DNA of 64,000 nt from Abditibacterium sp. (lineage in GTDB: Bacteria; Armatimonadota; Abditibacteriia; Abditibacteriales; Abditibacteriaceae), in assembly GCA_965199495.1 (NCBI GenBank), contig CBDASK010000003.1:4000001-4064000 (forward strand), read 5' to 3'. Position numbers and translations under genes: made by a program. A model generated the notes under the pieces. The model saw nothing but the letters and a program-made list of their open reading frames with translations, ran no database searches and had not been told where the DNA came from. The first letter of the stretch is position 1; the number at the start of each line of letters is the position of its first letter. Below are positions 42,128-52,455 of this stretch, piece by piece.

Positions 42128-42161
42128 ATTTCGTTGAAGTGAAGATGAATGAAGTTGCGAT

Positions 42162-42190
42162 TGGACAGAATGGGCGTGACCCGTTAAAAT
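42162..42190 (+). promoter_or_regulatory. Putative sigma70 promoter for rpmF
   Basis: TGGACA, 17 nt, TAAAAT; AGAGGA Shine-Dalgarno before ATG 42222. Confidence 0.5.
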
Positions 42191-42221
42191 TAAATGCTGA
42201 CCTTAAAAGAGGAATAAAATT

Positions 42222-42416
42222 ATGGCCCTTCCCAAACGTAGAAAATCACACGCGCGAGTTCGCACGCGCCGCGCCAACTGGCGCGCCACCGCTCCCACCT
42301 TGACCAAATGCCCGACTTGTAACGCCGTCGCCATGCCGCACCGCGCCTGCATGACCTGCGGTCATTACAACGGTCGCGCCGTGATGCCGCCGAAAAACAA
42401 AACCCAGAACAACTAA
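42222..42416 (+). CDS. rpmF: 50S ribosomal protein L32
   Basis: MALPKRRKS..R...RR, CPTC...PHRAC..CG.Y.GR. Confidence 0.97.
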   Translation: MALPKRRKSHARVRTRRANWRATAPTLTKCPTCNAVAMPHRACMTCGHYNGRAVMPPKNKTQNN

Positions 42417-42571
42417 TTTTAAAACGGTTGTGACCCAATGGAAGCTCTTAAAAATCAAGAGCTTCCATTTTTTGTTGCAGAAGAACGGCGCGGTTGCGTC
42501 GGCGTTTTCTTTGCCTTCGCGGTTTCTCTATTCCTTTTTCTTCTGTATTCTGTTTGCTGACTTCCCAACTT

Positions 42572-43627
42572 ATGCGAATTGCAATTGACGCGATGGGCGG
42601 CGATCACGCGCCCGCCGAAATCGTCGCGGGCGCGCTGATAGCTGCGCGCAACGACTCTCGAACTCATATCATTTTGGTCGGCGATGAAGCCGCCATTCGC
42701 GCGCATTTGCCCGCCGATGCGCCTGCAAATCTGGCGATTCACGCGACTTCGCAGGTCGTCGAAATGGATGAATCGCCCTCGCAGGCGTTGCGCGCGAAAA
42801 AAGATTCGAGTCTGGCCGTCGCGTTCCAATTGCAAAAAGACGGCGCCGCCGATGCGACGCTCAGCGCCGGAAATACCGGCGCGACGATGGCTTTTGCGCT
42901 GATGACGCTGGGCCGCATCAAAGGCATTGATCGTCCGGCTATCGCCACAGTTTTTCCAACCGCCAAGAACCCGCTGATTCTGCTCGATGGCGGCGCTAAC
43001 ATTGATTGCAAGCCGAATCATTTGGCCGATTTCGCGTTGATGGGTGCCGCTTATGTTCCGGTTATTCGCGGCATTATTCCCGACGAAAAAGACAAATTTC
43101 AGCGCGGCAAACTGCCGACTGTTGGCGTATTGTCCATCGGAGAAGAAGAGGGCAAAGGCAACGCGCTTTCCAAAGCCGCTTTTCCCCTTGTCAAGGCGGG
43201 CGCCGCGCGCGGGACTTACACGTTTTATGGCAACGTCGAGGGGCGCGACATCGGACAAGGCACGGTTGACGTGATCGTGTGCGATGGATTTGTCGGCAAT
43301 GTCGTGTTGAAGATGGCCGAAGGTTTCGCGCGCACTTTCATGGACACGCTCAAAGACGCGCTGATTTCGTCGCCGCGCTCCAAACTCGCCGCGATTCTGC
43401 TGGCGCCCGCGTTGCGGAAAATGAAAAAGCGTTTCGATCACACCGGTTACGGCGGAGCCAATTTGCTGGGCGTCAACGGCACCTGCATTATCTGCCACGG
43501 CTCGGCCAAAGCGAACTCGATTGCCTCGGCGATTCGCATCGCCAAAATCGGCGTTGAAATTGACGTGAGCGCCCGCATTCGCGAAGCGGTGGCGACGCAG
43601 GCGAACGCGCCCGAAACGAGCACGTAG
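42572..43627 (+). CDS. plsX: Phosphate acyltransferase PlsX
   Basis: MRIAIDAMGGDHAP, SAGNTGA, GNVEGRD, DGFVGNV.LK, LLGVNG...CHG. Confidence 0.95.
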   Translation: MRIAIDAMGGDHAPAEIVAGALIAARNDSRTHIILVGDEAAIRAHLPADAPANLAIHATSQVVEMDESPSQALRAKKDSSLAVAFQLQKDGAADATLSAGNTGATMAFALMTLGRIKGIDRPAIATVFPTAKNPLILLDGGANIDCKPNHLADFALMGAAYVPVIRGIIPDEKDKFQRGKLPTVGVLSIGEEEGKGNALSKAAFPLVKAGAARGTYTFYGNVEGRDIGQGTVDVIVCDGFVGNVVLKMAEGFARTFMDTLKDALISSPRSKLAAILLAPALRKMKKRFDHTGYGGANLLGVNGTCIICHGSAKANSIASAIRIAKIGVEIDVSARIREAVATQANAPETST

Positions 43628-43630
43628 TTT

Positions 43631-44824
43631 TTAAGTGCGCGGCACCTCGGCAATTGTGGTGAACGAACCGGTGACTAAAATCGTGTCGTCCAATGCAGCC
43701 ACGGCGCGTGCGCGCGCGACGGCGGCTTCGACGTTTTCTGCGGTTTCGACGTTTGGGTTGAACTTTTTCGCTTCGTTGGCCAACTCAGCCGCGGGCAGAG
43801 CGCGCGGCGAATCGGAGTGCGTGCAGATGATTTGGCGCGCGAGCGGCGCCAGAATCTCGACCATTTCGCGCCAGTTTTTATCGGACAAAATTCCCAAAAT
43901 CAAAATTGTATTTTCCGGCGCCAAGTTCAACTCTTCGCCCACATAGCGCGCCAAACGCGCGGCGCCGTCGGGATTGTTGGCTCCATCAATGATGACGCGC
44001 GGATTCGTCGCGATGATTTCGGCGCGTCCCGGCACTTGCGCGCCCTCAACTTCTGTTGGAATTTGCCAGCCCAAATCTTCGGAAAATTTGCGTGCGATTT
44101 CCAGCGCCAGCGCGCGATTGGTTTGCTGGAAATCGTCGGCGTCGGGCACTTCGACCGGAACGAAATGAACGCCGTTGTCCAAACAATACGCGTCGAAAAT
44201 TTCCAAGACGTTCGGTTTGGTTTCCGCCGTGAAAAACGTCCGGCCCGCGCGCGCGATACAAACTTTATCCGCCGCGATCTCTTCCAGCGTGTCGCCCAAT
44301 CTGTCCATGTGATCGAGCGCGACGTGCGTGACCGCCGAAACTTGCGGCGAGGTGACGTTGGTCGCGTCCCATTTGCCGCCCAGCCCAACTTCCAAAACTG
44401 CCGCGTCCACGTTTTGTCGCGCGAAATGCCATAATCCCAGAAAGGTCATCACCTCGAACTCGGTTGGTTGGCCCAACGCGCGCGCCGTGGCTGTGATGTG
44501 GGGCAGGGCGTCGTCGAGCAATTCGTCTAATTCGGTGTCGGAAACCGCGCCCTCGAACAGACCAGCACCGGGCAAAATACGAATGCGTTCGTTCCAATCG
44601 TAAAGGTGAGGCGAGGTGTAAAGTCCGATGCGGCGGCTATTTTGGGCCAGCGTGCGCGCGGTGAATTCTGCCGTCGAGCCTTTGCCGTTGGTGCCGCCGA
44701 TGAGAATGTGCGGATATTTGAGTTGCGGATTGTCGGTGCGCGCGAGCAGGTCTTCGATGCGTTGCAGGCCGGGGGCGATGCCGAAGCGTTGCAGGTCGGA
44801 TAAATAGGAAGCGAGGCGAGACAT
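43631..44824 (-). CDS. folC: Folylpolyglutamate synthase/dihydrofolate synthase
   Basis: GGTNGKGST, YTSPHL, EVGLGG..DATNV, LDH...LG, GSF. Confidence 0.92.
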   Translation of the reverse strand: MSRLASYLSDLQRFGIAPGLQRIEDLLARTDNPQLKYPHILIGGTNGKGSTAEFTARTLAQNSRRIGLYTSPHLYDWNERIRILPGAGLFEGAVSDTELDELLDDALPHITATARALGQPTEFEVMTFLGLWHFARQNVDAAVLEVGLGGKWDATNVTSPQVSAVTHVALDHMDRLGDTLEEIAADKVCIARAGRTFFTAETKPNVLEIFDAYCLDNGVHFVPVEVPDADDFQQTNRALALEIARKFSEDLGWQIPTEVEGAQVPGRAEIIATNPRVIIDGANNPDGAARLARYVGEELNLAPENTILILGILSDKNWREMVEILAPLARQIICTHSDSPRALPAAELANEAKKFNPNVETAENVEAAVARARAVAALDDTILVTGSFTTIAEVPRT

Positions 44825-45078
44825 AAAGCGGATTCGGAAATCCGAAAGATATTTTATCGCTCCGCGCCGGTTTTGGCGCGCGACTTCAAAGGGAAATCAA
44901 GGTCAAAAATTACGCCACATTAAGGGCACCTCAAAGCGTGATGTGTTATGATTGAATGACGCCCTTGCTATAACTGAATTTCGATTTGCCAGAGATGCGC
45001 TTTTTATTCGCGCTTTATTTTGGATTTCAAACCGGCGCTCAGGCGAAATAATTTGTTAGTCTCCGAGGTTCTTACTGA

Positions 45079-48000
45079 ATGCGATTGACCCGCTTCTCCG
45101 CTTCACTTTCTTCCTTTCTCTGGCTCTGTGCGTTGCTGAGTTGCGCGTGGCTTTCGAGCGCGCAAGCTCAAAATGCCAGTGGAGCGCCTGACGTTTCGGC
45201 GGTCGGTGCGCGTCTGCAAAAAGACATCAACGCGTTGACGGCGTTTCCATCGCGCGTGCCCGGCACCCTCGGTAACCGGCAGGCGGCGGCCTACGTGCAA
45301 AACCGTTTCGCCCAAATCGGTTTGAGCCAAGTGCGCGCCGACGATTATTTCGTTACCACGCCCGTCACCAAATCGGCCACTGTTTCGGTTGGCGGTCAAG
45401 ACCTCCCCGTTCTGCCGGTTTATCCGAACCAAGTCGTGGCCTCAACAACGCCGCTCGCTGGCATTAGCGGGCCTTTGGTTTATGTCGGCCAGGGCAAAGT
45501 CGCCGATTTTAACGGCAAAAAGATCGAAGGTTGCATCGCCGTTCTCGATTTTAATTCGGGCATGAACTGGATTACCGCCATTGATTTGGGGGCGCGCGCC
45601 ATTATTTTTCTCGAACCGCAGCAGTCCAATCGCGGCGAGGCCGAGCGCAAATTTACTTTCTTGCCCGTCGAAGTGCCGCGCTATTACGCGACAGCAGCCA
45701 CGGCGACGGCCCTTCGCGCGGCGGAAGGGCAAGATGCCAACCTCAAATCGTTGGTCGTGTGGGAAAAAATGCCAGTCAAGAACGTTTTGGGTTTCTTGCC
45801 GGGCAAAAACGCGCCCGCGAAAAAGGCCAATACCTTAATCGTCAACGCCTATTACGATTCGATGTCGGTCGTGCCCGACTTGGCGCCCGGCGCCGAAGCG
45901 GCGGGCAACTTGGCCTCGTTTCTCGAATTGGCGGCGCGACTCAAAGCCAATCCGCCTTCTTATAACGTGTTGTTCGTCGCCAATGGCTCGCACCATATGG
46001 CGTTAGCGGGCGCGCGCAACTTCATCGCCGATCACGTTATTGATAAAACCGGCGACGCTAATGACGCCAAAAAAGCCGAAATCGCGTCGTATCGTGGTTT
46101 CCTCAACCTTGATCTGACTTCGCGCACGCCCACGGTCGGTTTCTTCGCCAAATCGTGGTTTTACAATCAAATGGGCGTTGGCTCGGAAAATATTCTGCTC
46201 AACCAGTTCGGCGGCTTGGCCAAGAATCTGGGGCGCTACTCCGACGACATCGCCAAAAAAGAGAACCGTCCGACCGAAGAATTTTTCGTGGATGGCGTGA
46301 CCGGCAAAGACGGGCGCACTTGGCGTTCCTACCTGCCCTCGCTGGTGGCACTCGATTCCGAAGTCGCGACCGAAGCAGGTTTGCCGGGCGTTTCGTTTGC
46401 CACGGCTAACGATGCGCGTTTATATCAGGACACGCCGTTCGATACCGCCGACCGTTTGAATATGCCGAATTTGACGGCACAGGTCGGCACCGTCGAGAAT
46501 TTGATGCGCGAGTCGTTCAACGACATCGCGTATAGCGATGCCAAAAACCTCAACGTTTTTCCGCCGACCGATACGCTCTCCAAAAACTTCGGCTTTTTCA
46601 CCGGGCGTGGCATCTATCGTAACGTCGAGCAGGCGACCAGTTTTTTGCCCGACACGCCGATGCCCGATTCGCAAATCGGCGACGCTGATATGCAATCGGT
46701 TGGCGTTATCGGTTCGGATCGCGGCGGCAGTCCGCAAGAGCAGAAATCTTACGCGGGCGTGCGCGGCCTGATGATCGAGCGCGCCAGTTACTCTAAAGCG
46801 ACGGCAACCGATAAACAGGTCGCGCAGTTCACCTTTATTGGCCCGCGCGTGGGCGACCCCAAAGGTGGCGGCACGCCCAACCAAGAGTTCGAGGCGTTTA
46901 CCCTCGACCGCAATGGGCACATGATTTTCGCGCCCGACCGTGGCGCCGAACGCCAACGTTTTTCGCCTAACTTCAATAAAGCCACGGCGACGCTCTCTTA
47001 TAAAGACGTAAAACTCAACTCGATTAACCCCGATGCTTCGCTCATCGTGTTTAAGTCGCGCGCCACGACTTTGTTCGATACGCTCGATCAGCGTTATTTC
47101 ACCGTTTTGACCGAAATGACGGTTTTGGACGCCCGAACCGACGCCAACCCGGTGGAGTATGGTTATCTGCGCCCGGCGGCTGGCCCCGGCGTGGCTGCTA
47201 TGGAGCCGATTGCCATTGTCTTTGGCAAATCTAACAACGAGAGAAACTCCGATGGCACGCTAAAAGACCCCGAAAAGGGCGAGCGTTTCAAACTGATTAT
47301 GGCGGCGGGTCTACTGGGCAAGCGTTTAGTTTTGCTCAACACCGACCCGACGATCACCGCCAAAAACGATACGCGTGGCTTTGAGGGTCAGGGCTTCATG
47401 ATTCGCAATACCGACGAAACCAACCGCGTTACACGCGTTTCGTATCAGTCGGCCAAAGACCTGTGGGTCGTTGACCAGCAGCGTATTCGTCTGCTCAAGG
47501 GCTTTGGCATCAACAACGAACGCGTTGATGCGCTGCATGGCGCGGCGGGTTGTCCGCCGACGACCGATCCGAAATTCACTTCGGGTTTTCAATGCCCGCC
47601 CGAAAGCATCGCCGCGCCCAACGGCGGTTCGCTCGTCGCCGCGCAAAACGCGCTCGATACGCAGAAATTTGATGTGTTCTACCGCGAAGCGCGCCGCGCT
47701 TTCGGTCTGGAATCGCGCGCCTATCCCGACGTTGAAGCGACTTCGCAGGACGTTTTAAAGGGCATCATTTTCTATCTGGCGCTCTTGCTGCCGTTCGCCT
47801 ATTTCGTCGAGCGCATGCTGTTTGGTTTTCCCGACGTGCGCAAGCAAATTATGGGCACGTCGCTGGTCTTTTTGGCGGTCTTTGTCGCGATCCGCTTTGT
47901 TCATCCGGCCTTTGAGCTGGCGGCGACGCCGTTTATTATTCTGCTGGCGTTCGTGATTTTGGCGCTGACAGTTGTGGTGACGATATTCCTGCAATCGAAG

Positions 48001-50187
48001 TTTGAGCAGGAAATCAAGCGCATGAAGCAGGGCGTTCACTACGCCGATATGGGCCGTTTGTCGGCGCTGGGCGCCGCCGTCGGGTTGGGCATCGCCAATA
48101 TGCGCCGCCGTCCGACGCGCACGGCGCTGACCTGCGTCACGCTAATTTTGCTGACGTTCACGGTTTTGTCGTTTACGTCGGTGACGGCCAACATCGCCAA
48201 CTTCGCGCGGCCTTATGGCGAAAGTAAGCAGCCACCGGCCTATCAGGGATTTTTGTTGCGTCAGGCGGATTGGAGCGCGATGCAGGATGTCGCTGTCGGT
48301 TCGCTTTCCAACGAAATCACCGCGCGCAATTTGGGCCAACCCGCTTTGCGGGCGTGGTATCTGTCGCGCGATCAGGGCGAGCCGTTGCAATTGCGCGTCA
48401 ATAACGCTCTCGACGCCAACAAGTTTTATTACGCGCCCGCTCTGGTCGGCATGTCGCCCGAAGAGCAGACCATCGGTTCGCCGATTCCTAAAACTCTCAT
48501 CAAAGGGCGTTGGTTCGAGGCGGGCGACCGGGATGTCGCCATCGTGCCGCGCGACGTTTTGTTGTCGGATGCAGAGCGCGCCGCCGAAAACCCCAACGCG
48601 CAAACGGCGGCTCAGCCCGGCGCTCAAACCGGGCCGCCGCTGGGCCTGACGCTCGATAACGCCATCGGCTCGACGATTCAGGTCGCGGGCAAAGACCTCA
48701 AAATTATCGGCGTGTTCGATGACCGCAAATGGTATGGGCGCAACTCCCTGGATAACATCCGCGATTTGGATAACGAAGAGTTCTCACCGGTTGACTACGG
48801 TTCCGACCAAAACAAGAGCAACGCGACCTCGAACTCGCAGGCTTCGCAGCAGGGCGGCGAAACGCAGGTGCAACGTTACGAGCACATGCGTGCCAACGCT
48901 CTATTGATTTTGCCTTATCAGACTGCTCTGGACATGGGAGCCACGACTCGCTCGATGGCTGTCGGCATTGCCGATCCGGTCGTGGCGCAAGATGAGTTGA
49001 ATGATTTGATGAACCGCGCCGCGCTGGGCATTTTCGGCGCGACGCCCGAAAAGGACAAAAATGGCAAGCCGACGGGGCCGCTGGTTTCTAAACTCTATTC
49101 GTCGGTTGAGGCGACGAGTTACGAAGGTTTCGCCGCGCTGGCGGTGCCGGTTTTGATCGCGGCTTTGATTATCGCCAACACGATGTTGGGTTCGGTTTTC
49201 GAGCGCACCAAAGAGATCGGCATCTACTCTTCGATTGGTCTGGCGCCGGTTCACATCGGCGCGTTGTTCATCGCCGAAGCGATGGTTTACGCGGTCTTGG
49301 GTTCGATTTCGGGTTACCTAATCGCGCAAATCGTGGCCAAGATAATTACTGCGACGAACTTGCTACCAGGCATCACGCTCAACTATTCGTCGTCGTCGGC
49401 AGTTTTGGCGACTTTGATCGTCATGCTAACGGTGCTATTATCAACCGTGTATCCGGCGTTTATGGCTTCGCGCATTTCGTCGCCCGAAGGCAATAAAAAC
49501 GATCTGGGCGATCCAGTCGGCGACCTGTGGCGCTTGCAGTTCCCGTTCACCGTTTCGGGCGCGCAATCGCTGGGCATGGCGCAGTTCTTGGCTGATTACT
49601 TCGAGTCGCACACCGATACTTCAGTCGGCAAGTTTTTTACCGATAAGGTTTTCTTCAGTGGCTTGCCCTTGCGAGACGCCGTGGCTCTACTTAACGATGG
49701 CGTGCCAACGCCCGAAGAATTGGCGGCTTTGGTGGCCAGTGGCGAAAACGAAGTCAAGAAAACCAAAACGAAAAAATCGAAAAAGACGCCGGATGGTATG
49801 GTAATCGAACCGGTCAAAGCCAAAGCGACGGGCGGTTATCTGGCGTTAAACGAAATCAAAGCCGAGCCGGATACGCAGGTTTATCGTCTGGCGCTACGCA
49901 CCTGGCTGGCTCCGTTCGACATGGGCGTTTCGCAGGACACCGACATCATTCTGCTGCCCGCCAAAGAGCCGGGTTTGTATGAGTTGCAACTGCGTCTGGC
50001 GCGCCGTTCGGGCGAAATTTCGGCATGGAAACGCGTCAACCGCGAGTTCATGACCGAGCTTCGCAAACAGTTGCTGGTTTGGCGCACGGTCAAACCCGAA
50101 CAGCAGCAAGAATATATTTTGCGCGGTCGCGCGCATATCCGCGAACAGGCGGCTCCGGTCGAAGAAACCGAAGCCGTCGTGGTGTAA
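45079..50187 (+). CDS. Large membrane protein: M28-peptidase-like/PA ectodomain fused to a MacB/FtsX-like permease
   Basis: Signal peptide, PA-like segment, AYYDS...APGAE, TM bundle, R.RR..RTALT, ERTKEIGIYSSIG...FIAEA (FtsX). Confidence 0.8.
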   Translation: MRLTRFSASLSSFLWLCALLSCAWLSSAQAQNASGAPDVSAVGARLQKDINALTAFPSRVPGTLGNRQAAAYVQNRFAQIGLSQVRADDYFVTTPVTKSATVSVGGQDLPVLPVYPNQVVASTTPLAGISGPLVYVGQGKVADFNGKKIEGCIAVLDFNSGMNWITAIDLGARAIIFLEPQQSNRGEAERKFTFLPVEVPRYYATAATATALRAAEGQDANLKSLVVWEKMPVKNVLGFLPGKNAPAKKANTLIVNAYYDSMSVVPDLAPGAEAAGNLASFLELAARLKANPPSYNVLFVANGSHHMALAGARNFIADHVIDKTGDANDAKKAEIASYRGFLNLDLTSRTPTVGFFAKSWFYNQMGVGSENILLNQFGGLAKNLGRYSDDIAKKENRPTEEFFVDGVTGKDGRTWRSYLPSLVALDSEVATEAGLPGVSFATANDARLYQDTPFDTADRLNMPNLTAQVGTVENLMRESFNDIAYSDAKNLNVFPPTDTLSKNFGFFTGRGIYRNVEQATSFLPDTPMPDSQIGDADMQSVGVIGSDRGGSPQEQKSYAGVRGLMIERASYSKATATDKQVAQFTFIGPRVGDPKGGGTPNQEFEAFTLDRNGHMIFAPDRGAERQRFSPNFNKATATLSYKDVKLNSINPDASLIVFKSRATTLFDTLDQRYFTVLTEMTVLDARTDANPVEYGYLRPAAGPGVAAMEPIAIVFGKSNNERNSDGTLKDPEKGERFKLIMAAGLLGKRLVLLNTDPTITAKNDTRGFEGQGFMIRNTDETNRVTRVSYQSAKDLWVVDQQRIRLLKGFGINNERVDALHGAAGCPPTTDPKFTSGFQCPPESIAAPNGGSLVAAQNALDTQKFDVFYREARRAFGLESRAYPDVEATSQDVLKGIIFYLALLLPFAYFVERMLFGFPDVRKQIMGTSLVFLAVFVAIRFVHPAFELAATPFIILLAFVILALTVVVTIFLQSKFEQEIKRMKQGVHYADMGRLSALGAAVGLGIANMRRRPTRTALTCVTLILLTFTVLSFTSVTANIANFARPYGESKQPPAYQGFLLRQADWSAMQDVAVGSLSNEITARNLGQPALRAWYLSRDQGEPLQLRVNNALDANKFYYAPALVGMSPEEQTIGSPIPKTLIKGRWFEAGDRDVAIVPRDVLLSDAERAAENPNAQTAAQPGAQTGPPLGLTLDNAIGSTIQVAGKDLKIIGVFDDRKWYGRNSLDNIRDLDNEEFSPVDYGSDQNKSNATSNSQASQQGGETQVQRYEHMRANALLILPYQTALDMGATTRSMAVGIADPVVAQDELNDLMNRAALGIFGATPEKDKNGKPTGPLVSKLYSSVEATSYEGFAALAVPVLIAALIIANTMLGSVFERTKEIGIYSSIGLAPVHIGALFIAEAMVYAVLGSISGYLIAQIVAKIITATNLLPGITLNYSSSSAVLATLIVMLTVLLSTVYPAFMASRISSPEGNKNDLGDPVGDLWRLQFPFTVSGAQSLGMAQFLADYFESHTDTSVGKFFTDKVFFSGLPLRDAVALLNDGVPTPEELAALVASGENEVKKTKTKKSKKTPDGMVIEPVKAKATGGYLALNEIKAEPDTQVYRLALRTWLAPFDMGVSQDTDIILLPAKEPGLYELQLRLARRSGEISAWKRVNREFMTELRKQLLVWRTVKPEQQQEYILRGRAHIREQAAPVEETEAVVV

Positions 50188-50193
50188 TTTTTC

Positions 50194-50284
50194 AGGAGAC
50201 GGAAGACAGGAGTCAGGAGACAAGAACTTGCGCTACGATTCAAGTTTCAATCTCCTGTCTCCCGTCTCCTGTCTCCTGTTTCCT
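50194..50284. repeat. Heptamer inverted-repeat element (AGGAGAC / GTCTCCT units)
   Basis: aggagacggaagacaggagtcaggagacaag ... tctcctgtctcccgtctcctgtctcctgtttcct. Confidence 0.8.
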
Positions 50285-50292
50285 TAAAAACA

Positions 50293-52341
50293 ATGGCTCT
50301 TCTTCCTGAATCACAATCCGAGAAACAAGAACGCCCGATGGGGCCGCTCAATGTTTCGCCCGCCGGAGATGTCGTTACGGCGGATGTCGTCGAGGGCGAC
50401 GCTGAAGAATATGTGGACGGTTTTTCATGGAAAACCGTCATCGGCGCGCTTTTTATCGGCTTCATCATGATGCCGGGTTCCATCTACCTCGGTCTTATCG
50501 CGGGCCAAGGCATGGGGCCAGCCGCCGAATGGGTCACCATCATTTTGTTCATGGAAGTGGCGCGGCGTTCCTACCAGACGCTGAAAAAGCAAGAAATTTA
50601 TTTGCTTTATTACATCGGCGCCGCGCTGACTACGCAGGTCGCGGGCATCGCCATCGCCGGTGGGCCGTTCGCTTCGCTGATCTGGAACTCTTACGTCGTC
50701 AATACGCCCATCGCGCAAAGTCTGGGCATTACGGCGGGCATCCAAAACGCGCCGTGGGCCGCGCTTATCAGCGATTCGCCCGGCATGCTTAACCGCACGT
50801 TTTTCAGCGCCGACTGGCTGCCCGCCATCGGTCTGTTGATGTTTTATCAGTTGTTCGGGCGCATGACTTCGTGGGGTTTGGGCTACGTTTTGTTCCGCAT
50901 CACGTCGGACGTGGAGCGGTTGCCGTTCCCGCTCGCTCCCATTGCGGCTGAAGGAGCCACGGCGCTGGCCGAGTCTTCGTCGCAGAAAGAGGGTTGGCGC
51001 TGGCGCATCTTCTCGATTGGCGCTATGATCGGCGTCGGTTGGGGATCGCTTTATATTTTGCTGCCGAGCGTGACCGGTTTGATTTTCGCGCAACCGATTA
51101 CCCTCGTTTCGGTGCCATTTATTGATTACACGCCCAACACCCAGAAAATTTTGCCCGCCGCCTTAACTGGTTTGGGCACCGATCTGGGGCAGGTTCTCAT
51201 CGGCTTTTTGTTGCCGCTGCCGGTTGTCGTTGGCACTTTCATCGCTTCGATTGGCGCATTTATCATCGCCAACCCGTTGCTTTATCACGCGGGCATTTTG
51301 CATGACTGGGTGCCGGGCACCGATATGCTGCAATCGCAGGTCGTCAACTCGTTCAACTTCTGGCTTTCGTTTGGTATCGGCACCTCGGTTGTCGTGGCCG
51401 TCGTCGGCATCATTTCGGTGATTATGGCGTTGCTCAAAGCCAAAAACCAAAAGCAGGAGGGCGTGGCTTCGCCGCAACTCACGCCGCCCAAAGGCCGTGG
51501 CGACATTCCCATTCCCGTTTCACTGGCGATATTCGCGATTGGCACGCTGGCCTATATCGCGATGTGCCATCATCTGGTGCCGAGGTTTCCGGTCTGGGTT
51601 TTGGTGTTTTTCGGTTTCATCTGGACGCCGATTTTTTCCTATATCAACGCGCGTATGGCCGGTCTGGCGGGCACCTCGGTGACCATTCCCTATGTGCGCG
51701 AGGCCAGTTTCATGATGTCGGGCTATCGCAACGTAGACATTTGGTTCGCGCCGATTCCGCTCAGTGATTTCGGTGGCATGGCCCAGCACTTCCGCACCGT
51801 CGAACTGACCAAAACCAAGTTCACCTCGATCATCAAAGTCGAATTTTTGATGCTGCCGATCATGCTGGGTTGTTCGCTGTTATTTTGGAGTTTCATTTGG
51901 AAACTGTCGCCGATTCCCGCCGCGACTTATCCGTTTGCCGCCAAGTTCTGGCCGGTTGCGGCGCAGCAGAGCGCGCTATGGATGACCGCCAACCGCGAGG
52001 GCACCAATAACGTTTTGTTGCAGTCCATTAACATTAACTATATTTTAGCTGGTGGTATCGCCGCGACAGTCGCTTACTTCGCGACGATTTTGGGCGGCGT
52101 TTCCACGCTGTTCTTCTACGGCCTCATCAATGGCACGCACGCGTTGCCAGCCTACGCGATTCCTCAATTCATCGGCGCGATGCTGGGTCGCTATTATTTC
52201 AGCAAGCGCTACGGCGAGGAAAACTGGAAAGCCTATACGCCGGTTCTGGTCGCGGGCTATTATTGCGGAATGGGCCTCATCGGCATGGCGGCGGTGGCTC
52301 TTGCGCTGCTCTCCAAAAGCGTCTCGCGTTTGCCGTATTAA
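50293..52341 (+). CDS. OPT-like (oligopeptide transporter-related) polytopic membrane protein
   Basis: 682 aa with many TM helices; DVERLPFPLAP motif resembles OPT-family E.L.FP. Confidence 0.7.
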   Translation: MALLPESQSEKQERPMGPLNVSPAGDVVTADVVEGDAEEYVDGFSWKTVIGALFIGFIMMPGSIYLGLIAGQGMGPAAEWVTIILFMEVARRSYQTLKKQEIYLLYYIGAALTTQVAGIAIAGGPFASLIWNSYVVNTPIAQSLGITAGIQNAPWAALISDSPGMLNRTFFSADWLPAIGLLMFYQLFGRMTSWGLGYVLFRITSDVERLPFPLAPIAAEGATALAESSSQKEGWRWRIFSIGAMIGVGWGSLYILLPSVTGLIFAQPITLVSVPFIDYTPNTQKILPAALTGLGTDLGQVLIGFLLPLPVVVGTFIASIGAFIIANPLLYHAGILHDWVPGTDMLQSQVVNSFNFWLSFGIGTSVVVAVVGIISVIMALLKAKNQKQEGVASPQLTPPKGRGDIPIPVSLAIFAIGTLAYIAMCHHLVPRFPVWVLVFFGFIWTPIFSYINARMAGLAGTSVTIPYVREASFMMSGYRNVDIWFAPIPLSDFGGMAQHFRTVELTKTKFTSIIKVEFLMLPIMLGCSLLFWSFIWKLSPIPAATYPFAAKFWPVAAQQSALWMTANREGTNNVLLQSININYILAGGIAATVAYFATILGGVSTLFFYGLINGTHALPAYAIPQFIGAMLGRYYFSKRYGEENWKAYTPVLVAGYYCGMGLIGMAAVALALLSKSVSRLPY

Positions 52342-52350
52342 CGCAGAACA

Positions 52351-52394
52351 CCACGAAAAACGCCCGACTCGAAAGAGTCGGGCGTTTTTCGTGG
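52351..52394. terminator. Rho-independent terminator
   Basis: CCACGAAAAACGCCCGACTC-GAAA-GAGTCGGGCGTTTTTCGTGG. Confidence 0.85.
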
Positions 52395-52417
52395 TATTAA
52401 CAATGATTGAAGATCAA

Positions 52418-52455
52418 TTGGCGCCGCTCTCCCGTTTTGTGTATCATTTGATACA
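52418..52455 (+). promoter_or_regulatory. Putative promoter and operator palindrome for the leader-czcCBA operon
   Basis: TTGGCG, 18 nt, TATCAT; perfect TGTATCA-TT-TGATACA palindrome (52440-52455) overlapping the -10. Confidence 0.45.

Noticed and set aside
42417..42571. Structured RNA or extended plsX N-terminus between rpmF and plsX
   Set aside because: Pyrimidine-rich, with at most a decayed half of a heptamer repeat; no convincing fold, and PlsX homology begins at MRIAIDAMGGD.
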